From NCBI GenBank assembly GCA_038496445.1, contig JALMLS010000514.1, positions 186,001 to 250,000 on the forward strand: a stretch of DNA of 64,000 bases, in the 5' to 3' direction. A program made the position numbers and the translations under genes. The notes under the pieces are model-generated. The model was not told the origin of the DNA and ran no database searches. It worked only from the letters and a program-made list of their open reading frames with translations. The DNA comes from Trichosphaerium sp. ATCC 40318 (lineage: Eukaryota > Protista > Tubulinea). Below are positions 52,601 through 63,044 of the stretch, piece after piece. The stretch's first letter is position 1; every line of letters begins with the position of its first letter.

Positions 52601-53629
52601 TACTGGGCTCAATAACTGCTTCGGAGATGAGCAACGTACGTGCGTTAAGAGACTCGTCAATTTCAACAGTGTCAAAAGAGAAAATAATAGGAAGCATGTT
52701 GCCGTTCCATTCAAATATTATACCAACGTTAGTCGGTCCCATAATGAACCTAGATACAGATACCCTCTTTGTTGAAACGTTAACAACAGTTTCCCTAATG
52801 TCACGTCGTTACCTCAGCGTGTACTTCGGCTCCAAAGCCTTGTAGACCTGTTATATCAAGCAATAATGGATTAAATTGCTAAACAACTTTGTGAGCCCAC
52901 GTCAAGACTATCCATTTCTTACTGTATCCAAAAGTGATATTATATTCTCCAAGAATCCATTCATTCGGATTATAAAGTTACTAAGCTGAAGGACAGTCCT
53001 ATAAGTGCTTAATTTAGCGATATAAAAAAACAACAAAAGTGGGTTTTGTTAATAGGTTTCCTCACTTGGAATTTAGCCTAGGTTGTTACCGAAATCTTTA
53101 ACGTACGTAGCTATTGTCAACCTAGATCTGAGGAGAATGATTTCAGGACATGAATCAAATACAATATTTACAGCAGGCCAATTTATATCAAGGTCCACTA
53201 ACTGTGTTGGATTTGCTTGATTCTATCACGTGATTTTTAGAAGAGGTCATGATATATTTCTATTTTGTGCTCTAGTTGTTTTTTCAACGTAACGTACTGA
53301 ACAAATATCGAATAATACACGCAACCTGCAGAGATATAAGCTAAGAAAATAAGATTATATTGCCGTACTGTGACGAATCAAGAGTATTTGGAGGTATGCT
53401 GCAAAACGCAGGCTGGCACTCCCAATTGCCAGTGTTTTCATGGTCGCTACTTATAGTACCTCTCCATATAGCGTTTGACTGTCCGAATGTGCCGGTAGCT
53501 ATAAAAACGGGCGTAAGCACGTGGCTAGTGCGTACGGAATATAATAAACATACAATAACCAAGTATGAGCAAAGTGATAGCCACAAAGTGTAATGTGCTG
53601 AGGTAGGAACCCTTTGGCGGTAAGCACAT
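46692..53629 (-). CDS. Large secreted protein: beta-rich N-terminus, Thr/Pro hexapeptide-repeat region, C-terminal vWD-like (GDPH) domain
   Basis: Hydrophobic leader MCLPPKGSYLSTLHFVAITLLILGY. WRGTISSDHENTGNW motif. xP[AS]T[IVL]x repeats at about 48400-49950. SGSGDPHFIG...FDFHG and DGILGQT motifs. Confidence 0.7.
48400..49950 (-). repeat. 18-bp coding tandem repeat (hexapeptide xP[AS]T[IVL]x) with 3-unit higher-order period
   Basis: Visible in ORF 48332..50119, e.g. TPSTIR TPATVV TPATIT SPSTIN SPATIV SPATIT. Confidence 0.92.
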
Positions 53630-54028
53630 TATAGAATATGCCAATAAGAAGCTAAGCTTGCTTCAGAACGCTCCGACACGGTAATGTGATTCTATATTAC
53701 ACACAAATGAGAACAAACAAGTTTGTTTGGATAATAGTTAATTTCTTTTTTTTGTGCCAATACTTTTGAGTCTCCTCAGCGAGATTGTTATTGTATTCAG
53801 TCTAGAGATTTATGTGGGAATAGGATATCACGTGTAATTCAAATGACTGCTTGTATTATTTCTTTTAATCACGTGATTTACAAACGTGCTTAAAAAGGTT
53901 AAGTCACCTTCTAAAAACGTGTTGTCAGCTTTTATTTTTTTTACTTCACTAGCAGTTATTGCCGTACTCTCCTCTTTTGGCTCCCTGACGCCAAAGTTTA
54001 CAAAGAATTACGGATTCCTTCTCTCTGA

Positions 54029-55694
54029 ATGGCTAAGCGTTATAAGAAGGGTGCGGCTGTGCCCAGGAAGCATAGGTCGTTTGGGGATGCCGTAAAAGGC
54101 AAAATGCTAGCAAGACCCTCGCTTGGAAGAAAAAGCCTTAGCGGGACTTATCAACGTGTTATTATTCGTAAGGGCAGCAAGGATTGGGGCGGTATACGTT
54201 TAGAAAAACCTAACGGTCCGCGTGAGGCTTTCTCTATTGGACTCCATAAAAAAGGTACCAAACAGATGCCGATGCTTGCTTGTTATTAGTTTAAATCGGT
54301 TTTTTTTTGATATCTAATTTTACGATTTTGTCACGTGCCTGTTTTGTTAAATGCTTTGACAATAGAGCGAAATACAGCACCGAAGAAGAGGAAATTACGT
54401 ATAAGTACAAGTACATTCCAAAAGTCCGCGAGGATAGAACCTACGATAGTTGTTGGTACGTGTCTTTTTTTGACACCTAAGAAGTGTCAAAAGTGGAAAT
54501 TAGATCGTCTTTGTTTTTTGACGTTTTACAGGTGAAAAAGGGCGAGGTTGGTGTGATGGAAAGCTAGAGGATAGTTCGTTTGACACATGTAAAGGAATGG
54601 GCGTAGACTATAGTGGCAATGTATGGAAGAATATTGTAAAAAATTTCCTTTTTTTTTCAAATAATTTTTTCTCACTTATGGATCGCTTTGTTGATGCTGT
54701 ACTTAGTTAATTTTGGGTGACTGGGAAAATTTCACTCTGCGTAAAATAGATTTGACTGACAGGGTTGTAAGTACAATACGTGGAAATCCAGGAGTATACG
54801 CTTTTGTACGTTGAGATTTTGCGTTCTAGAAATAATTGGGTAGCTGTTTTTATTTCGCTGACATTGACACAGAGACCATGGCGTATACACTGTCCAAGTA
54901 GACACGTGATGGTTTATTTGGATTACAGACAAAGTGGAGTAGTCAGAATAAACACAAAAACAGGAGAAGAGCAGCGATGCAAGGTACTACAAAATCCATC
55001 TGGTTTGACAATGGATGACAATGGAGATACAATAGTACGTCTTTTTAGAAATCTAAAGGCGGTAGCTTCTTTTTTCAGCGTTGCTAGTATTAGCCTTTAC
55101 CATTGTCAAAAAATCAAAGTCATTTGTGCTACACAGTTCTTTACACTCTCTCGACAAAATCCGAATTAGTTCTTTCGTCAGGTTTTTTATTATTAAAGAA
55201 TTCTGGTATTATAGGTCACGTGTCCAGACGGTATTTATGCTATAGATAAATCATGGGAATTTCCACCATTACGTATATTCGAGAGTGATTTATGGGAGGT
55301 TGACGCTATTGCTTTTCTATCAAAAGACAAATATCTTGTTTCTGGTTCGAGTATGTCACGATATCCTTTTGAATCAAGTGTTATGATAATAGACCTACAA
55401 CTACATAACTCGAAAGTGTTGATAAAGTTTCCTGGTATATTGGTTGATTTTAGAGTATGTGTAAGTAGAGATAATGATGTGGCATATTTCATTATGACTG
55501 GACAAAACTGTGTTTATGAAATTGACCTGATTGCAAATGAGATAAGTGAGTTTGAACTACCTGAACAATACTGTGATTTAGGTGCTATTGTATGCTTTAA
55601 AAAGCAGGTTATTGTGTTTGATAATGCAACATTTTCTTTGTTAAAGATAGATATGGATAATGCAAAACTTAACCGTGTATTTAGTACCACATAA
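54029..55694 (+). CDS. NHL-repeat/beta-propeller protein with basic N-terminus
   Basis: GEKGRGWCDGKLEDSSFDTCKGMGVDYSGNLILGDWENFTLRKIDL and LQNPSGLTMDDNG are NHL-type blades. Lys/Arg-rich leader. Confidence 0.65.
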
Positions 55695-55899
55695 AAAAAA
55701 AAAGTTGCTATTTGCTTTTCACTTTGTTATCACTTGTACAATGCACACCGTTATCAAAAGAAAAACAGTCCTTTTCTTTATCTCAAACATACTAAAGGCT
55801 ACTATTGAAATTGAATGTTTATTAGTTTCTTGTCGAAAAAGTTGGTAGGTTAGACTTGGACTGTAATTACCATACGCAAATTTTTTTAAAAGTGGAGAT

Positions 55900-56170
55900 G
55901 TTACAACTCAGCATATCCAAAAGACACGTTTTCACAATAGCTCATTATCTGACTGTTAATTTTACACCGCTAAGTGGAAGGAGCAAACTATCTGTTGCAT
56001 TTGTTTGTGTAATATTAATAGTATGTCGTCACACGACGATCGTCATTAATACGTTTACAACTTAGGAGATTGATAGTCTGTACGCCCTCTAAAGCCGCTA
56101 CACCTTTGTCTGTAACCATCATTTCTTCTAAGTTAATGGTATGTACTCCAGCTAGCGAAGTAAACAATTG
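55900..56170 (-). pseudogene. Degenerate fragment of the GVHTI-type LRR family
   Basis: LAGVHTINLEEMMVTDKGVAALEGVQTINLLSC, then in a shifted frame HTINITQTNATDSLLLPLSGVK with stops. No start codon or F-box. Confidence 0.65.
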
Positions 56171-56208
56171 ATAAGGGTCCTTGTTTATTGTAGGACTACA
56201 AGAAATTG

Positions 56209-57875
56209 TTATACTGTTGTTGGGCATGACTCCTTTGTTAAGAAAAAGTTGGATGCAGGAACAACTTGACGAGACATCGATGGAGGCTCCCATTCCAGTT
56301 TGCCTTGAGCGTTTCCAATTCTATCAAATACTTTCGTATACAAAAGTGTAGTATGCGCCACCAACCATATATCTAGTTCCTGACATAATCTTGCTGCCAG
56401 GAAAGAACCTGTCAATGAACTCTTTAGATTGAACCAAAATATTTCTTCGAAAAAAGCGCTCGTACGAGTCAATTATTAACTTGTCTCCAATGTACAACTT
56501 CCCGCCGTCATTTGAGGTTGTAGTGAACTTATAGTCACCAGTTGTAAGAGCTTTAATGTAGCCCTAGGAAAATTATAAGAAAATATCTGGGTAGCTTTTT
56601 AACTGCTAGCGTACTGTCCATCTAGCTGCAAATTTATCTGCATTAACACCAGGTGCTGGAGATGCGGTTTGCCAGTCTATGTCGATTTGCGTGTCTCTTT
56701 CAGTACGAACTAAAGTGTAAAATACAGGACTTGTATCGTATGAGCCTTCATAGTTGTAGTATTCCAAGCGAAGTCCGTTGGTGGAAGACACAAGAGGGCA
56801 AGCTGAAAAAGGAAATAAATAAGAATAAGTGAACATAATTGACGATTCTTCATACCCATTGCTATAGGTCTACATGTACGGACAGATAAACCCAATAAAT
56901 TACCAGAAAGGCAGTTTGGAATAGATGAAACTCTCGCAGCAGTCTCAGCGTAGGACTTTCCTAGAAATGTATGAGTTGTAGCATTTTGAAGGAGATTTTA
57001 CCATCACAGAGCTTCCCTCTACAATCGGCACAAACAGTTGCCATGTTCGTTTCTATAAATCCATCAGGGCAATCGTCAGGTACACCAAATCCCCCAAAAC
57101 ATTGAGTATCGTAGCAATAGTTATTGGCAGCGGTGGCGACTTTGAATACAGCGTCTATTGTAATATGTCAGCAACAAAAAAAGATAAACTACATACCATA
57201 ACAAAGAGCGTTGTCATGCCAAAAAGATTCTTCTTGCGGTCCAGCATACCATGAAGCACATGTCCACTCGACTTATATAACTTAAAAACACTAACAAAGA
57301 TAACAAGCAACGTACAAGGGCGATTGGTGTAGTCGTATGTCCACTTGAAGTTCAAATCAATCTCACTGTTCCAACAGAGATAGTTATTATCCCACGAATC
57401 AGGATCAAGCGGCTCGTGTATACGTTCACAAGTTTTACCAACTATAGCGCCATTGGTACTAAACTCAAAGGCGCCTATAGTAGAGATTAATCAAGAGGAT
57501 TGCGGTATAGCAATGTACTAGAATTTCCTGTATGAGCCGTCCAACACCAATAGTTATCGTCCCATGAATGAATGCTAGGTTCAGTTGTTGTCGCAAGAGA
57601 GACGCAGAACATGTTGTCTAATGGACCACGATAAGAAAACTTAAACAAAGGAGGAGCGCCAATGGCATTGGCGGCTTCAGCCTTTCTTTTTTCGTAGGCT
57701 TGTTGTTCAGCTGTTGTAGACGGAAAAGCTAAAGCTTGGACAGTCAGAATTTTGTTTAGATGGTTTGAAGTACCCGCTAGTATGTAGCATGTGAATGCAA
57801 GTATTACCAAACAAGTTGATAACTAGGTAGAGTCAGTGTTACGCTGTAAAGTAATAGGCGTACAGTTGTTGCCAT
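56209..57875 (-). CDS. Secreted protein with WDxNYxCW repeats, Cys-rich region and PA14 domain (apparent frameshift near 56332)
   Basis: Signal peptide. HSWDDNYWCW and DSWDNNYLCW repeats. PA14 motifs NGLRLEYY, IDIDW, FAARWTGYIKA...YKFTTTSNDG and LEWEPP. Confidence 0.75.
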
Positions 57876-59429
57876 GTGTGTTATGCTTTGATGAGGTAAT
57901 CAAACTTGGCGAAAATCTTGTGCGCTTTTTTACTTTGTTATTTATTTTTTATGCTTGCATTGTCGAAGCCAACGCTACAATCTTCGGATATAGCTTATCT
58001 TGTATCCTAGCGAATCACAACACAAAAATACAGTGCCACCAACAATCGAAAAATGTTCAGTGAAAATGACACTTTGTATGAACGGTAACCCTTCGTTTTT
58101 GGTTGTCATGAGCTACTATTTCTTTGTGGTGGCAGGAGAGATACAGAGCAGAAAAAATATAGAAAACTTCAACTGAAATATGTTCCTTTAAAAGTGATAA
58201 TCATTAATGGTGAATAGCTAGCTCCTCTGGTTTTTAATTTGATAACTTTACGGTACCTTGATCGTTTAAAAGTAAAGTTTGGTATGCTAATAAGTGCATG
58301 ATATCTATGTGGATAGCTTACAAACTTATTACATCACCAAAACACAATTTGCCACTTTTATTTGAAACTGCCTTATCCCAGAAAAAAAAAAGAACCGCAC
58401 TGTGTACAAAGAATAAATGTGTTTTAGAACTATCGTACTACAACAACAAACTGCACCCTTTTACTGGTGCTATTTATAAAAGAACAAACTGTCACAGCGG
58501 CATCAAGCGTTACTGAAATCAGGCGATAATGTCAAACAGCATTGTTTTCGAGGGATACAACTGTTTTCTGAGACAAGGCTGAAACTGCTCTAATAACAGA
58601 AATAAGTGTTTTCTCAAACATTTTTTTTTATTCTTGTTTTGTGGTATGTCTAATCGATAGGGATGGCTATGAGGTTTAAACACATTTCAAATACTAGATA
58701 TCACACTAGGGCAACCAATCGCTCCATATATTAGAGCAAGTAGCAAAAGGAACAGCTCAGTATCCACAACGGTTCATAGGACCCACAGTCAAGGAGAGAA
58801 TCAAGTACCGATTGTCTTGTTTTGTTCATTTGCAGTTGTTTCTAATGAGGTCTCATTCTGACGTTTCAGCCTGCAACAGTTCAAGTCTCACTCTTTTTCA
58901 CTTTATGTTTTATGCATCGGTACGCACTATGGTTACCACAGCTCGGTAGGTGTACTCTTACGTGCTTAAAATTATAAGTAAGGCAAAAGAGTACCATGAA
59001 AATACGCTAGCAAGCGATTTGTACTGGTTTTTACTCAGCTGAAAACAGTTTAAGCTGCGCGTTCAAGAACAGGGGTTGGTCGTTTAACGCTTAGTATCTA
59101 ACCATGTATATACTGTAAGGCGTAAATGATAGATATTAAGGTATATTAATATTAATATTCACTTGCTACAAACCAATTGTCCATTTTCGATAACAGCCAG
59201 AAGGCGTAAAATAATTGATAGCCATATTGCTTTGATCTTTACATCCTTTGTTTCCCATCACGCTCAGTTTGTTTTACATACTTTTATATCTGTTATACTT
59301 GTTAAATTTTGGCATATATGGTTCACACAGAGGTTGGCATGCCGAGAGTACTTTTGCTAAATGGCAGCGAATTCCATTTTCTTAATTTTTTCCTGTTTGT
59401 GTTGGTAATAAAAGTCGCTACAAATTGCT

Positions 59430-60018
59430 AATTAATAACTGAAGCACTAAACCTATTCTGGATTGCAATATTCCGTTTATATTTCAGGTTCAAATAGCAA
59501 AGCAAGCCAAGGACGCTGAATCTCTTGGGGCGTCAGCAGTTATAGCACAAGGTAAAAGTATAGTATTTTACTCGGTGAGTTAAAATCAACTTTCTAGGAA
59601 GCGATTGCGGTGGTCATTACACTAGAAGCAGTCTTCCCACTTTTTCTCTTTTTCCTCAAATTGTACAAGCAGTAAAAATACCAGTCATGGCTGCTGGTGG
59701 TATTGTTAATGGTAGAGGTTTTGCGGCAGCAATTGCCCTTGGTGCTGATGGTGTTTCGATAGGTAACCTGATTGGTAAATGGTTATCAAACAAAACGACT
59801 TCATCCTTTGAGGAAAAAGGAGATAGATTCTTCAAAGAGAAGAGTCATGACGAAGTTCGGTCGGAGATTAAACAAGCACGAAGTGATAAGAATTATGATG
59901 TAGCACCAGTTTGGGCAGGTGACGGAGTAAACATGATACAAGATTTCCTTCAGTCGAAGATTTTATGAAGCGCCTTATTAATGAAGCTAAAGGTGCTTTC
60001 TCGCATGTGGAGATGTAG
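59430..60018 (+). pseudogene. Nitronate monooxygenase (2-nitropropane dioxygenase family) remnant
   Basis: VIAQGSDCGGH, IPVMAAGGIVNGRGFAAAIALGADGVSIG and WAGDGV. The GTRF segment and N-terminus were not found. Frameshift near 59945. Confidence 0.65.
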
Positions 60019-60089
60019 ATCACTGTTGCTAAAAATTGTAAGACTGATTATAATACTGCTGACATAGATCAAGAGCTATTTAACTAATG

Positions 60090-61463
60090 TTAATTTATGC
60101 TTGCCAAAATATGTACTTTCCATGCCCTTGGAGCACCATGTGGTACAAATGGATAGGGTGACATATCAACAAATACAGTACTTTTTCTAAACAATGGTTC
60201 AAACTTAATTGGCTGTAGGGTTTCTTTGCGGCCAAAAAGTGGAAATTGGTTTATCTTATTTGTTGATCTTAGTAAAATCATCCCACAAGATAGCTCTGAT
60301 ACTGCAATTGTTATATAATCTGTTGTGAACCTTCTCCACCCATACAAGCCATTTTGAGAATATACTCCAAACTCTCTACATAGCTCAGCAAAGTATACGC
60401 ATTTAGAACATATCTCTATGTACTTCAATCCATTTTCCATTTCGATTATTCTATAATTAGAAACAGCTCCAAAAACACTCTTTTTTTGGAAGAACATTGT
60501 TATAAAGCAACTGCTTAATCCTTTTTTTGGTCCTCTTTGGGTGAACGTATATATCATATTCCTGTGGTATACTTTATCATTATTAATACTACATTCATGA
60601 TTTTCCATGTGATCAATAAGCATGAGATTCAGTATCTTTTGTTTTCCAAGTTTTTTCTGAAAACTGGCAACAACACTCTTTCTAGACATCAAACTCTTGT
60701 CATCTTCACATACAACGTTCATAATATCTATACAACGTTTCTGAAACCTTTCATTGTACCAGTCATTAGCAGCAAGCGTAAAAAAGTCCAAATAGTTCTT
60801 TTTTATGAAACGCTTAGCATCTTCTTTTTGTTCTGATGCTAAACATCGATCCATGTAATCAAAAGCGTTCACTACGTACACCAAACGCACAGCATGTATG
60901 ATACAACGACATAGAAAGTGCAAATAGCTATCAAGAGGTTGACAAACGCTTCCAACAGCAAAGAAGCGCTTGGTGCCCACGTTTATTCCTTCTACTGCCA
61001 GATAGTTTTGAAAATACTTCTTAAGGTGATCAGACGTTATATTACGCCAAGAATAGCTTACCAACCGCAATTTAAGCAACTGGCGTTGATAAAGCACTTT
61101 TTTGTGTTTTTTCGTTATTCTAAACGTCTGACGAAGCAGTAAACTCAGAATATGGTAAGTTATCTCGTTGGGCAGCGTCCATTGAAACGTTGGGTCAGTT
61201 TTGATCATGTTGGCGCTTTTTTTAGCCTCAACGCACTTGGAGCGTGTTTCAATGCCGTCCGTCGCGTCAGCGATGTCATCTGTTTGTTTTAGAATTATCT
61301 CATCTAATTGTTGTACCAAACGTTCATTTGAGAGGTTTATAGTATGTTTTAGTTGTTTTAAGAGTTGTGTATGCGTTTCCGCTGTGAGCTTGCTAAATGC
61401 TACAGTGTGCTGCTCGCGATAGTATTGTAGCGCTTGTTCAACTGAAACTCCAAAGAAATTCAT
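60090..61463 (-). CDS. Intronless F-box-like protein, unassigned C-terminus
   Basis: Open frame of about 457 codons from the first ATG. TLPNEITYHILSLL...LLKLRLVSYSWR F-box-like motif. Confidence 0.6.
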   Translation of the reverse strand: MNFFGVSVEQALQYYREQHTVAFSKLTAETHTQLLKQLKHTINLSNERLVQQLDEIILKQTDDIADATDGIETRSKCVEAKKSANMIKTDPTFQWTLPNEITYHILSLLLRQTFRITKKHKKVLYQRQLLKLRLVSYSWRNITSDHLKKYFQNYLAVEGINVGTKRFFAVGSVCQPLDSYLHFLCRCIIHAVRLVYVVNAFDYMDRCLASEQKEDAKRFIKKNYLDFFTLAANDWYNERFQKRCIDIMNVVCEDDKSLMSRKSVVASFQKKLGKQKILNLMLIDHMENHECSINNDKVYHRNMIYTFTQRGPKKGLSSCFITMFFQKKSVFGAVSNYRIIEMENGLKYIEICSKCVYFAELCREFGVYSQNGLYGWRRFTTDYITIAVSELSCGMILLRSTNKINQFPLFGRKETLQPIKFEPLFRKSTVFVDMSPYPFVPHGAPRAWKVHILASIN

Positions 61464-63044
61464 TAATTGTTGACACAATGAACACGTGTTGGTTGCAAAT
61501 AGTCAAAACCGTTTTGGCCAAATTGCAGTTCTAGCGCACGTGCAATTCTTGGGGTTTTTCACTCAAGTCTTGAAAATACTAGTAAGCGCAATAAAATATA
61601 AGGTCTTTTGTGGTTGACATCAACTCATTAGGACTAGTAACTGGAAAAATTAGGACTAGTACAATTTTCGTTCACACCGTGTGAAGTTGCGTTAATTTCA
61701 ATAGAGCCCTTATTGTCAGGTTACAATCTAGTGCGTTTGTAATATGCTATATATAGTGCAGGCGACCAACACATCATTCTCACGGATGCAATCACAAATT
61801 GTAAGTGTACTGGTCAAACTCAAGTTTAGTAAATGCAACATAGCAGGGTGCTCGTCAGTTTGAATCCCATAGAAGGAGTTGGTTCGCCAACAAAATCAAG
61901 TAACATTGCTAAGAGACATAACCTTATCATGGTAAAGTATGTGGAGAATAGGTTTGTCACTCATTGGAGTGCCAAAAAAAATACTAGGTTGAGACACATA
62001 TTAACTGAATTGAAACACGTTCATACATCTGTAAGTCTCTGGGCGAGTACATTTAATTTAATATTGCTTTTTAGAAGTATGCTAATACAATGACTTGCAT
62101 CAAAGGGTTTTCAGTGCTTTTCGATTTTCTTGGGCCAGGTGAGTGGCCTTTTACAACTTTTTGGATGGCTCAAATTGCACAGCCGCTACTTACCTTCAGA
62201 ATTGTTCTCTTCGGTTTTATTATGTCAATTGAGGTGTTCAGTGAGGACTAATGGATAACAGTAATTGCTGTTAATTATTGATTTGCCAATACTTTTTTTT
62301 TACTGTAGACTATCTTCGATGCAATGAAATTCTGTGATTTATTGAAACAATTATTTTTGATTCTGAACTACACATGTATGCTTCCTGTGCTTCAATGATG
62401 AAGCCAATAAATGCGCTGGTACAAAATCACCTAGCTCCAGGATATATGTTACATTGTTACCAACACCTTTACTAGGACAGTTCAGCTTGACAAATGATGT
62501 AAAAGTTTTCACGTGACAAACTTCTTTAAAGAAGGTGAATTTGAAAAATCTTACTGATAGTTCTGGATTGGCACGGTTACAGCCATATCTAAGAACCCCC
62601 ACCCAATAACTCTGAACTTGAGTACTTTTTGCCTTGCAAGATACCACCACACCTTTAGTTTGTGTTGAATGTTATGTACATCGCTTATTTTTTGTGTGTT
62701 AATCGATGCACGTGTTGAACTGGCGTTTTTCGTCTTTTGTGGGCTTTTTCTTATGGTTTGTCAAACGAGCCTCTTAGCATGTCTATCATATGTGCGAGAT
62801 GCGTTTCCGAGTATTTTTGAGCTGTTTTGACCAAGTTTTACAAGGGTTACTAGTCCTAATTTTTTTTTTACTAGCCCGAACGAAATCAATCGTCATTCAT
62901 TCGTCTACTTTGACTAGCTAGACATATCCAGATGAAGTTTTCTGATGTCACCCTGCTAATTCTTATCGAGGAATAAGATTTATTAGTAGACATAATAAGG
63001 TACAAAGCTCATCTTGGTTTCAAAACAAACCGAATAAAAAACTG

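Noticed and set aside
62351-62650. Possible transposase remnant (Cys/Trp spacing faintly like a Merlin/IS1595 N-terminus)
   Set aside because: No DDE motif is recognisable and there are several stops; too weak without a profile search.
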